From the NCBI GenBank assembly GCA_028534125.1, contig CM052839.1, forward strand, positions 1,798,001 through 1,862,000: a stretch of 64,000 nt of DNA, written 5' to 3'. Source of the stretch: Lama glama. Taxonomy: Eukaryota. Shown in pieces: positions 25,857-37,840 of the stretch. Within the stretch, counting starts at the first letter, position 1; the number at the start of each line of letters is the position of its first letter. The notes under the pieces were generated by a model that worked only from the letters and a program-made list of their open reading frames with translations, did no database searches and was not told the origin of the DNA. Both the position numbers and the translations under genes were made by a program.

Positions 25857-28199
25857 CATTGGGAGAAAAGGCTGGTGTCAGTCCTGATGTTTGGGGTGGC
25901 TAAACCCAGGCCCCTGCTGTCCCCAGGCTCTCTGGGGCAGGGTGAGCGGCACCTGATGACTCCAGGGTGAGTACCAGGAGCCTCTGGGGGAGGCCCTTGC
26001 TGTGGGATAGAGTCCGAAACCCCAACAGCTCAGGGCAGGAGAACATACTGGGTCACAGCTGCATGTTCCTGGCCCCTGGGCCACCATGCCAGGCCCAAGG
26101 TTGGAAATAAAACTCGAACTGCTGCACCATTGGGCCTGAGAGCCAGTCTGAACCTGTGTCACAGAAGCTTCCTCAAACTGCCAAGGGCGGCCGCTCCACT
26201 GAGTGTCCCACTTCAAGGACTATGGCGCTGAGGGCCGAAGAGGCCATGCTGAGAGCCTCTGTCCCTTCGGCCCCAGACCTGAACCACAGCCAGGCCCCTC
26301 CTCCCAGCACCCTGGCAACTGTGGATTAATATTACACCAATACAGCCCCAACAATGGCTCCTGGCAGTCACGCTCCATAAAGTTCTGAGGCTTAAAATAA
26401 AGACGAGCTGGGGCGGGGCAGGGTAGGGGGGGAGGGAGAGGGAGTGGCCAACAACAGGGAGTGCACAAGGAAGCAACGGTGCGGCCACTGAAAATGTTTT
26501 TAAACCACACCATTTCATTAAAAATGCTCATTCTACAGTGTTTCGTGAAGAGGTTACATACAAAAGTATGTATCAGTAGGATTACAACTATCTACATTAA
26601 AAGAAAAAACAGAGGGAAGTAACAATCAAATGTTATTAGTGGCAATATTTAAATTATCAGAGTTATAGTCTTGTTGGAGATTAAGCATTTTCTAGGTTTT
26701 CTTTAATGAGGATGTAAACAGGGACAGGAGGAACACATTCCTTTTCTGTTTTTAATTGAAGTATAGTTGATTCACAAAAGGAGCATATTCTGACTAAAGT
26801 CAGCATGTCTGAGAAGTCAGGGTGAAGACCTACTAGGAGGGCATAAACCCCACCACACCCCAGGCAGCCCCCGGCAACAAGCTGGAACAGGCACCGCCGC
26901 CATCCAGAGGCCACGGGGCTGCGGTGGCTACAGCTGGGTAAGGGAGCCAGTGGGGCACCCCTCCCAAGCCGCTGAAGTTCTCCAGGGAACGTGACAAAAA
27001 AACCCATTAGCCCTTAAGGGTCTCTAAAGGATCCTGGAGAAAGATACCTAAGTGAAACACAGCGCAGTCAGGTGCTCTGCCCCAGGCAAGGAGGCAGGCT
27101 GCGGGACCCAGGGTCCCTCGGAGAAAAGCCCCGGAGACCAGGATTCCTGACTGCGCCGCAAACCCCCATCAGCACAAGGACGTAAAAGAGAGGAGCTTCA
27201 CCATATGGGGCTTGGGACCTCCCGGGAATGCCGGTGGGAGGGAGAATGGCAGGTCTCTAAGCCATGTGCAAATGTGAAGGAGGAAAGGGGTTTAAACTGA
27301 ATGCACTGCACCAGCTGTCCCCAAAACAGCTCTAATTACAGGGGCTGCACGCCGGGACCAGGCCTGGTTCCGCAAGCAGAGACCCTCCCGGGGGCCCAGC
27401 AGTCACCCAGCCCCCGTGCTCTGCTGCCTCGCGGCTGGCCTGGGGCGGGGCGAGGGCATGCGGCTGAGGCTGCAGGCCTTCCCCACCTGGGCAGGGAAGC
27501 CCAGGTCCAGAAAGCAGCTCCCACAGGTCCTGCTTACTGAGAAGTCTGCATCAGAGGGTCAGGTGGCTGTGCTTCGGGCCACGGCTGGGAGACACTGGCA
27601 TGGAAGAGGACCAGAGAATCTCCCTCTCCGGAGATTTTAACGACCTAAGCATCTGGAACAGCGCAACACTGAAACAGCAAAAAAAGGTGATGTCCTTGTC
27701 CCTTGAAGCTGGGGAAAGGGCAGAGTCAAGCAGAGAGATTAGAAATCTAAGTCCCTCACTCGCAGCTCATAGCAAGGAGCTCAAGTTCACCATCACCATC
27801 ACCTCCTGGATGTCCTCCTGCTGCTGCGTTTCTGCTGAGGCACTGGGGTGGACAGAAAAAGGCCCACACGTACGAAGCCAAGGAGGTAGGAAGGGCCGGG
27901 GGGTCAGACCCAGGTTTTACCCCAGCTCCCCAGCCCTGGGGCGGTCGCCAAGCCCCTTCACTCCTCTAAACGAGGTGTAAGCTGTATCCATTCTCACTAC
28001 TGCACAGAAAACAGTTTGCCTGTCCCTGAGAAATGTATGGGAAGGTCCTTCTAAAACCAGCAAATTCTAAACAAACGGAAGGTGTTATGATGACTAGCGG
28101 GGTGTCTTTATAAAGTGGGGGCATTTTGCTTTCCTCTCATGACAACATGCAGACTAGAAGCAGAAACAGATGAGCACTTTTTTTTTTTCCAAACCCTTT

Positions 28200-28980
28200 G
28201 CCCACACACCCTAAAGCAGGACGGGATGCGGCCGCCTCGGGAACACACGATGGGGCTCAGAGGCTGGGGCTGGAGCCTCCTGAACAACAAGGCAGAGGAA
28301 AGAGAGAGGGGAGGAAACCAAACCAACGAAACCAGGGACCAAGCAAGAAGGTTAGAGCCCGGATTCCAGCCTCCTGGGAATGCGCCTCGCGTCCCTGGGA
28401 AAGAGGCCGAGATGAAAGGGAGGCGCAGCTGGGGGAAAACAGGCCGTGAGAACAGGACGCGATTGTTCGCCGCCGGGACGGCCGCGCTCCCCCAGGAGAG
28501 CCAACGGCGGCCCCGCCGCTTTGTGCGCTAATGTCATTAAGGAGGGTGGGGGCCGACGTGCGGGACCCTCCACCTCCCGCCACTCGGCCCGAGCAGCTGG
28601 GCACCGGGGGCTCGGCTAAAAGGAGACAGCGGGGCCCTCACTCCCGGCACTTCCTCCCTCTCTGCCCTGGCCCCGGGAGCTCCCCAAGCCCCGCCTCTGC
28701 CCTGACCCCAGTTAACACTCCCACTAATTGCTGGGCAGCAGAGGGCCCGAAAGCCCAGGGAGCAAAAGAGCCAGAGTTAATGAAGGAGAGAAAACAAAGT
28801 CTGCTTCTCCGATCTTCGTTCCCTCCTCCCCGCAACTCTGCGTCTGGCGGGAGTCTAGTTCCAGGGAAGCTCCCGAGGCAGGGATCTTCTGCCGGGAGCC
28901 AAAACCAACAGCAGCACATGGAAATTACTGAACGGGGGCGGCTGGGTCTAGAGGGCTTCTAGGCGCCTCGCTCCAAAGCT
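28200..28980. promoter_or_regulatory. Intronic CpG-rich element (weak orphan CpG island; enhancer or alternative promoter)
   Basis: Local CpG enrichment (gccgccgggacggccgcgc, ggcggccccgccgc) with no recognisable repeat. Confidence 0.5.
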
Positions 28981-29179
28981 GCCCAGCTCTCCAAATTTCC
29001 CATAGGTAGGTGGAGGGGGCCACTCCCCACCCATCCAAAGGAAAGCCTCAGGTTCTCAGTCCAAATACTGTTTGCTCTCAAATGAGGGCAGTGCAGGTTC
29101 CTGCAGCCGAGGTGGGATTCCTCTAGAGGGCAATGGGCATCCCGCAGGCTAAGCGATGATAGTGCCATGGAAGCGCTGG

Positions 29180-29370
29180 ACAAATGCTACCTCATCTAAT
29201 CTCACAACTACCCTAGGAGATAGATACTATTCTTGTCCCAGTGTTATAGACAGGGAAACTGAGGCTTCGAGGAGATAATTAACTTACCCAAGATCTCAAG
29301 CCAGCAAGTAGCAGAGGAACGACTGAGACCCCAGCACTCTGACCCCAAAGCCTGTGTGTTTAACCCCTAG
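29180..29370 (-). mobile_element. MIR
   Basis: GGGAAACTGAGGCTT...AACTTACCCAAGATCTCA. Confidence 0.7.
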
Positions 29371-30169
29371 TCCATACTGAGGGTCACTGGGATGTTACAG
29401 TACACTTGAAACGAGCCTTGGGGAGCTTCTTAGCCAGTGATCTTTGAGGCTGTGATGACCGCACACACCCCAAATAAAATACACAATTTAACATGTTTGT
29501 GTGTGCATGCATTTTTTTCAGGGTGGAGAAGGTGGGTGTCAAAGTTCTGTCTAGATTATCAAAGGGGTCTGGATTCAAAAAGAAGTTAACAAACGTGGGC
29601 CAATGAGGTGACACCCCAATCAATGCCTTGCTAAGTTGACTCTAGAACACAGATCTTCTGACATGAGTCCTCTACTTTCTCACTTCACCTCCTTGCACTG
29701 ATGAAACAGCCAAGAGGGAAGCCTGAGTTTCTCCAGAAAGAGAGGGTGCACTGGCCGTTTAGAATTAGGCAACTTGACCCTGAAAATCCACCTGGCCTGC
29801 TTGGGAGAAGGATTCCAGGAGATACACTGTGCGGGAGGAGAGGAAAAGGTTAACAGCCCAGCCCTGCGGATGAAAGGGATCTCCTACACAGTGTTTATTA
29901 CTTCATTCTATCGCTGAAAAACAAGTTCCAACATTGTCCCAATTCTGATCCTCAGTTTTGCTTGGATTCACATAGAGGAAAATTCACTACCCGCAGCCCC
30001 AAACTATCAGAAATTTGCAGGGGGAAAAGTATGTCTGTTTCAAACTAATCTGCTACACTTTTGAAGACCACAGTCCATCTAAAAACAACAGCATCCCTTA
30101 ACTGGGGCCATTGTCCTCATTTTCAGATGCTCCAAAATAGCAAACAATAGGGCTGCTGCCCACAGTTGA

Positions 30170-30360
30170 CAGCCAATGTCATCAAGTTCTGTGCTGCACC
30201 CTTGTTTTTCTCATTTCATCTTCACCCCAACGCTATGAGGCAGGGGCGTTGTTATCTCCATATACAAAATTAGGGCTCAGAGAGGTTAAACAGTTGCCCA
30301 AGAACACACAGCAAGTAAGTGACAGAACCAAGATTCAAACCCGAGTCTATCTGACCCTAA
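30170..30360 (-). mobile_element. MIR
   Basis: GGCTCAGAGAGGTTAAACAGTTGCCCAAGAACACACAGCAAGTAAGTGACAGAACCAAGATTCAAACCC. Confidence 0.75.
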
Positions 30361-30709
30361 AGTGGGGCCCTGGACCGGGGCCACTAAAAGCAGGTCTGCA
30401 GATCATTCAAAAACTGTCATGGGTCCTTGACACCATAAGTACAGGAAGAGAAAGTAAGAAAGGATTTGACATTGCCACATCCAAGCACGTGACGGTGGAC
30501 TTGCCTCTTTGAACAGAGAAAGCATAGAAACCGGTTCAGACACTGTCAAGCTTGTGCAGATGGTCATGCTCACTGCGACCACATATCCATCCCCAAATGA
30601 ATGAAAACTCCCCCCGTCCTTCTCCTCAGAGTTTGAGAAGCATTGCCCTCAAGCACTCTGCAAAGACGGCATCCTCCTAGTTGCGCCCTCAGCGAGCACT
30701 CTTCTAGCA

Positions 30710-30870
30710 AAGCGCTCCTCAGACTTTTATGTGCCCACAAGCCACCCAGGGATCTTGTTAAAATGCAGACTGCCTCGGGCAGGCCAGGGTGGGGCCCGAG
30801 ACTCTCCATTTCTAACCAGGTGAGGTGGGTGCTGCTGGTCTGGGACTGGACTTCGAGGAGCAAGTTTCTA
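30710..30870. mobile_element. MER5A-like element
   Basis: GGGATCTTGTTAAAATGCAGACT...GGGTGGGGCCCGAGACTCTCCATTTCTAAC. Confidence 0.7.
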
Positions 30871-33674
30871 AGCGCCCATTGCACAAGGGAAGAAGAGGTT
30901 GATGCCAGAAACTTGTCCTGACAAGCCAGCCAGAGCCCAGCAAAGGGCCCAAGAACAGGCTCACCACCCAGGACTTGCTGGAGGGGCCAGAAGGCCCTGC
31001 ACCGGACCAGGCTCTGCTCACAGGCAGCCCTGGCAGCACACCTTCCCCACCCCAGCCTGAGCCTGGGTGACCAGGTGGCCCTTTCTTCCTGAGTTGCAGA
31101 AACAAGGCCTTAAAGGCAGAGAAGAGCAGCTCCGAAGCATTTGCGAACATTTGGAGGAATCCCACCGACAACTAGCCCAAGGAGAGGAGGTGTTCTGACT
31201 GCACTGTGCTTCAGGCCTTGGCTCTGCTCACACCACCCTGCAGCTGGACCTCGGACAGCGACGCCCAGGGAGGGTTACCACACACGTGCGTTCAGACAGC
31301 ACTTTTTACTCCTTAAAAGGGGATAATCATGTCTGTTGTGAGCGCTGAGAAATCTAATTAAGAGCTGGAAGTCTCAGAAAAAGGGGCATAATATAGATCA
31401 TCCCAGGAGGGCAGAGATGGCCCCATGGTGGCCACTCCTGCAGCCAGAAAGGGCCATGAGCAGCCCACCTCCACAGGGAAATGGTTCCCACATCCTGCAG
31501 GTGACCCCTGGTTACCTGTCCTACTCCCTGGAAATTCCTAACAGTGGAGGCCTTCCTCCTTATCACCATCACCTCTCCTGACTCAACTTATGGCACCAGG
31601 ACCAAAGGACTTCGTACTTAGCAAAGGGGCAATTCACCGTAAAAGGCTGGGATCCACCCCGTCATTCAGGGAGTCACTCATTCATTCAAAACCATTTATG
31701 GAGCACTGCCATGGGCCAGGTACCATGACGGACTTGACAGGCCAGGGCTCTTTTCTCACCCTTCTCTAAGAAGTAGGGAATAAATGACCCAAGGGGCATG
31801 AAGCCATTAACGGAGGCAAAGGGCGCTGCCTGCTCCTGGAGCCAGAGGGAAAGCGAGCTTCTGGGCAGTAGCCTTCACATCTGTACGTAGTCAGGGACGT
31901 CAGGCGAGCCCTTAAGGCTGATGGTACCTGGCCAGGTTCCTTCACTGGACTCACACGGGCCCAGAAAGGCCTGCTGGTTACTGACACGCACAGCAAACAG
32001 TCAGAGGGCCTTGATATCTGAACCAAGCGTGTCTGGACAAGACACACACCCAACTCTGGGGAGAATCCGCCTGAAAACCAACCCCGGGTCTCAGCTGACT
32101 CTCGTGAACCCACGAGCCTCTCTCTTTTTTGCAAAATCGAACCACATTCTCCCTCCTCCAAACCCTGCCATGTGCTATTTCCCTACAAAATGTTCTCACA
32201 AATGGCAGTAGTACCTAACGGTGACAACCCAAAACATCCCCAGACTCTGCCAATGTCCTTCTGGGGGCCAAAAGCAGCCCCATTTGTGAACACTGCACTA
32301 GAGGGATGGCCTGAAGCCCTGGCTGTGCATGAGAACTACCTGGGGAGCTTATAAAACCCACCCCTGCCTGGGGCCCACCCCACACACATTCTGAGTCTAC
32401 AAGTCTGCTCAAAGATCCTGCAAGTAAACAAGAATGCCTGTCACTTTACAAGCCCTTAATGTTCCTTTAATATGCTGGCCAGTTCGAGCATGAGACTGAA
32501 CTTCTCCAGAAGCAGGAATCGTATCTTCTTTTTCCCTCCTCTCCACAAAGCTCCAGGCAATGCTCCATGCAGTGCCTCCTATCTTATGCTAATCAGAGGA
32601 GTTTAGAAAGTTCTTGAGCCCCCTCCAGCCCCACTTAGGATGAAGAAGCCGCTTCAAATAGCACCATCTCCCCAGATTCATTAGTATATGACAAGAAGAA
32701 TTTACACCCTCCCAATCTCAAAAGGAGGAGGGGTCAGAAGAGATGAGGGCCCGTGAGAATCCAGCCACCTGATTTGGTCCTGGTGTCTGACCTCTGAAGG
32801 AGTCCCCCCTGCACGCTCTCCCTGGGTGTGAGGAAACTCTGCCGAATGGCCAGGACACCAAGTATACTCAAGTTTACTGACCCCTACCTCCCTTGGCAAG
32901 AATGGAAAGCATGAGGCTGGGGGCCCAGCTGCAGCAGTAGAAACTCCAGCCTACGAGACTGAACGCTGTTTGCCTCAGACTGACTGTGACTTGAAAATAA
33001 ATGTAGGCCCAGAGCCAGCGCCTTTCTGAGACGGAAAGGCGAGGCTCTCTCCCCACACCTCCCTCAAAGATCCCCAGGAGGATCCGGAGAGCTGATGGAG
33101 ACAGGCCTGGCCAGTGCTAACAGCTAACAGATGTAGTCAGGTCCCTGTCCTGTCTCCCCAGCTCCCCACACCTGAGGCTTCCCCTGCTGGCCACCTGGTC
33201 GGACAAAGTCCAAGAGGGATAAAGCGTCAAGGGAGAAGATCTAGCCGTTAACCACCATCTGCCCTGAGTGGAAATGCATTCCTCACTCACACATTCAGTA
33301 ACAAACATACAGAGGGTATCTTACAAGTGATATAGGTGCTCAGAGAGCAGACATGCCACCCTTCCCAATTTTTATACTTAGGTTAGCTTAAAGATGAAAT
33401 GAAGGAACGGACATCCAGGGACCAAGCTGCCCCAAAGACAGCAAAGGCTATTCAAGCTCCCAAGATCAGCTTTCTCACTAAAATTCACTGGCTAATACAT
33501 AAGAATGCAAACTGCTGTGTGGTTACATTACAGTTAAGGAGCGATTTAGTATTTTCTCTGATGTTTTTCTCATTTGATGTTCATTGCCAAATCGGTCTGG
33601 GGCATGGAGGCCTTCCACTCTAGGAGACCAGCAAGACAGTGATTGTTTTTTCAAACTTCCTTCCCTCCCCTCAG

Positions 33675-33675
<1 letters not shown>

Positions 33676-33711
<36 letters not shown>

Positions 33712-33725
33712 ACACACACACACAC
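33676..33725. repeat. (CA)n microsatellite, one interruption
   Basis: Direct inspection. Confidence 0.95.
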
Positions 33726-35639
33726 TCTGTTGCCTGGAGACTGAACACATTCCTCATGCTTACGTTTCTTTTCATTCTCCAGAAGCAGGAGCTGTGGAAA
33801 CTGGGGCCTCCAGGAAACACGCCTGCGGCGGGAGAGGGGGGACCCGGAGTGACACTTCCTCACTAACAGGCTGCCTCCTCCCCGCCGCCCCCCAACGGCC
33901 CCCCCCCCAGGTTTGAAGAGCCCGCCGGCTGGAACTGAAGGGCTCCCACAGGGAACAAGGCCCTCTTTGAAAGTCCGTGTTTCCCTCAGTCCGGCCTGGG
34001 TTGCCATGGCCACGGGCCTCCTGGTGGCCCAGGGCTGGCCTCAGTGCCGGACACCATCTTGACCCCCTTCCAGGGGACCCACTGGCCCCCCCACCTCTCT
34101 CCTGAGCCCCACAGCTGCTGGGAATGCCTGTTTCCCCCAATTCTGAAAACATCCTCCTGAAGGGGCCAGAAGAGGATTGTCGTTCCCTGCCAGCAGGCAG
34201 GCAGGCAGAGCCTCCCTCCGTAGCGCAGGGCCGGGACTAGCCCACAGATGGGGAGGGGGCACAGGGACACAGTGAGAGCCAGCAGCTTCAGCCCTGGCTG
34301 GGCCCACAGTTCTCCCTGGTCCCTTCCCCCAACTCCCCCACCCTCTTCCCTGCCCCCAGAAGCCAGAAGGAGCGGAGTCTCTGAATAATTCAGCCTTCAA
34401 ATTGCTCTGTGGTCAGAAGGGTTTCTTCATTTATTTTTTAACTCCCCAGGATCTGCACTTTCACTGCAGGCAGCACTTTAATCCCAAACCTGGATCTGGT
34501 TGGAGACCCAGGGCCTCCCACGCCCCGAGCCCAGAGCTGCAGGGAACGAGTCACTGAACTTCAGAATCCAGCGAACTGCCACCCAGCTGCGGAGGCTGGA
34601 AGCAGGGCGGGGCGGGGAGGGCGCAGGCTCTCCAGGGCTGTGTCTGCCTCCCCTCTCGGCGCGGGAGTAACTGAATTACTAGAAAGACCTGAGCATCAGC
34701 CACCTAGACCAGCCTCTCAGTGATCAATCTCCCTACGCCTCCTCCAGCTTCCCACCCTCCCTCCCTGCACGCACCCCCCACCCCCGCCAGTCCTCATGTG
34801 CACTCTGAGTCAAGGGGCCTGGGCACACAGTATTTCTCCACGGCCACAGGTCCCTGGAATCGGCCAGCTTTGGCTTCTGTTAGTAATGTTAGCTGATATT
34901 TTGCTGAGCATTCATTTCATATAATCTTTGCAATAATCTTATGAGGTAGGCACTACAATATCCCATTTCGCAAGTGAGGAAACAGAGACTCAAGAAGGTT
35001 AAGAAATGTCCTCAGATCGTAGAGCTGGCAAGGAAAGAATGAGGATTCAGACCCAGCTGTCTAATTCCAGACTCCATGCCTTAATCCCCATGTCACCCGG
35101 ACCACGCATATACTGCACACACAGAATCTTCAAAGAGCAGAACTTAGCTCAGAGAGGTGAAGCGAGTTGCTCACAGTCACACAGCCCACTAAGGCAGTGT
35201 CGGACAAGGACTGACGTGCCATAATCTGGGCTAACGTCCTTTCCAAGATCACCCAGTTTCGAGGCATCCATATTTACACAGGTGAAAGCACCCTCATAGC
35301 ACTCTCTCTCTTACAGTGTTACAGTCTAATGGCCTGTAAACCTAGCTTGACCTCTGGCAATGCCCCATGCTAGTCCTGTCCACTCCCTCCAGTCTCTGCT
35401 CCATGACCTTCCAACCAACAGCTCCCCTGCCTCCACCAAGACTTAAATTCTCTCTCACAGCATTATAATCTCTCCCATCCCCCTTCAGGGCAGCGCAACC
35501 TCCAAGATTCCTAATGAGAGGTCCCACACCATCCTGCCAGCTCATATTTACACAGCACTTTACAGTCCTCAAAACTCTCTTGCAGACATGATCCAATCAG
35601 CTCGACAACCCTTGAACCAGGTAAGCATGGGCACCTTTT

Positions 35640-36018
35640 GAGGACTGCCCCAACCCTCATTCACAGGCCAAGGCCCCAAAGCCAGGTGGTACTATATGAC
35701 CATGCCCTCCTGGCTATAGCTGATTGGACCAGTGGGAGACAGCTGACACAAACAGACCAATCAGATTCTTTCCTTAGGAATTTGACTCAAGGTTCTGAGA
35801 TTCGGTTCAGTCTGATGGTTACAGGAAGGATGGGTATGGTTGGGGGCTGAGGGCCCATGACACCTGGCACACATCCATAGAAGCAGTAGCATCCTGTAGT
35901 TCCAGGCACTTGGGAGGCCAGCCGTATTCCCCGACCTTGATTCTTCCATTCCCCTGCGGCTTCAAATAGCTCAAGCTGGCTTCTGTAACTTGCAGCCAGT
36001 AGAGTCTGAACTAAGAGA
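35640..36018 (+). mobile_element. Ancient ERVL/MaLR-type solo LTR fragment
   Basis: GCTGATTGGACCAG...GACCAATCAGATTCTTTCCTTAGGAATTTG, with terminal TTCTGTAACTTGCAGCC. Confidence 0.55.
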
Positions 36019-36239
36019 TGGTTGGATAATTATCCTCTTTTTGTAGATGAGAAAAGAGGCTCACAAAGGTAAGTGACTAAATGAATGTCACATGACCAAC
36101 ATGTAATAAAGGACAGTTAAAATCCCTGCCATGTGATGTCTCATGCCTCCTTCCCTGGATTAAAGGAAGTAACAGGTGTTCGCTTCCTGTTGGTATAAAA
36201 AAATGGTCACTGAGGATACGTGACTCGGCTGGAGGCACT

Positions 36240-36598
36240 CTAATGGATTAAAGCCAGAGACAAGAAATACAAAATCCTCTCCTTTTAAACCATGAAAACA
36301 CTTGCCTCTCTACATTTCCCAGCTTCCTTTGCAGTTAGGTTGGAGCCATGTGAATGGTTCTGGCCAATGAAACGTGATGTAAGTAACAGGTGTCAGTTAC
36401 AAGGCAGTTAAAAGCCAGGGGCTGGTGAACCGCAAGGGCCCCATATTCCAGATGGTGTGGCTACAGATTGGGGAGCACTGCCCAACCCACATCAGACCTT
36501 CCATGAGTATAAATTAAACCTAGATTGGGTGAAGCCACTGGGATGTCAGGGTTTGCTTATTACTGCAGCATAGTCTAGCCTCTCCTGACTGAAGCACA
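36240..36598 (+). mobile_element. MLT1-like (ERVL-MaLR) solo LTR
   Basis: ACATTTCCCAGCTTCCTTTGCAGTTAGG...GCCAATG, with terminal AAGCCACTG...TACTGCAGCATAGTCTAGCCTCTCCTGACT. Confidence 0.65.
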
Positions 36599-37740
36599 CA
36601 AATCATTCAACCTGGGCCCTTCAGCACATTTGTCTGGCCTGTAGGATACTGCATTTGTTTGTCTAACATTCATCTGTTTCACAAATATTTCTAGAGCACC
36701 AACATTAGATGCTGTAATGGGTACAGCCAAGAGTACGGTAGTAAAGAAGACCCAATCCCTCTCCTCCAGATGCTCCCAACCTGGTGACCCACAGGCCCAC
36801 TCTGGGACTAAAAGGAGCAGTTCTGCAGGTGTGAAAGTAGGACCTTCCACCCGAACACTGGCTAAACTGAGCCCCGATAAAATGTAAGCTACCAGGAAGC
36901 TTGTCCCAGTGACTCCATGGGGGTGGGAATCGAGATTGAGTTCACACCAGGTTTTACATCCTGGAATCTACCAGCTCCCCTCCTGCCAGCCTTGTGGCCA
37001 CGTACAAGGGCTTCACTCGCTCTGAGCACAGAACAGAGGGGAGAAGGCATCAAGGAGAAGTCATCAAGAGAGTAGGTGGCTGGTAGAAAACAGGAGCAGC
37101 AAAAGACATAGCTCATCCGCCCTCACCCTCCTCTGTGCAGGGGTCTCGCCTCTGGGAATTACCCCCTGCTTCATTTAGCCCCAAAAGTTCCCAACAACTG
37201 AGCTTTTCCCCCCTGAAGTGGGAGGTCAATCAGAGACATCATCTCTCTGTCTCCTTATGCCAAAAGTTAGATGAGGAGAGAAGTGAGGCAGGGCCACCAT
37301 ATACAGTTGCACAGGCTGTTCACTGCACAACGTGCCCATCCAAAAAGGCAAATGGGGCTGGAATCCAGTCATTGCTCTTATTACCAAGCTGTATACCCTG
37401 AAGAAGGGGTCCCTTCTAATTCACACAAAAGTGTGTGCTGTATGCCATAGCCATAGACGCACAGGAGCCGGGGCTTCTCCATAAGGAGTGAAGAAGTTTG
37501 GTGATGGGTCCGTGGGAATGTACTGTACTAGTCTAAGTCTGGGGTATATTTGAACTTCTTTAGAATAAAGTTTAAAACAAACAAACAAAAAAACCCCAAA
37601 ACCTATCCTACTCAATAAGTGGCTGTATTACTTGGGCAAGTTACTTTACCCCTAAACCCTCAGCCTTGGTTCCCACATCTAAAAAGACAATAATCCCTGG
37701 CTCATAGGGTTGGTACAGGACTAAATTAAATTACTTCAAT

Positions 37741-37840
37741 GAGGGGGTGGATATAGCTCAGTGGTAGAGTGTATGCTTAGCATGCATGAGATCCTGGGTT
37801 CAATTCCCAGTACCTCCATTAAAAATAAATAAATAAACAA
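37741..37840 (+). mobile_element. Vic-1-like SINE inside a MIR
   Basis: SINE consensus with a (TAAA)n tail. Confidence 0.9.
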
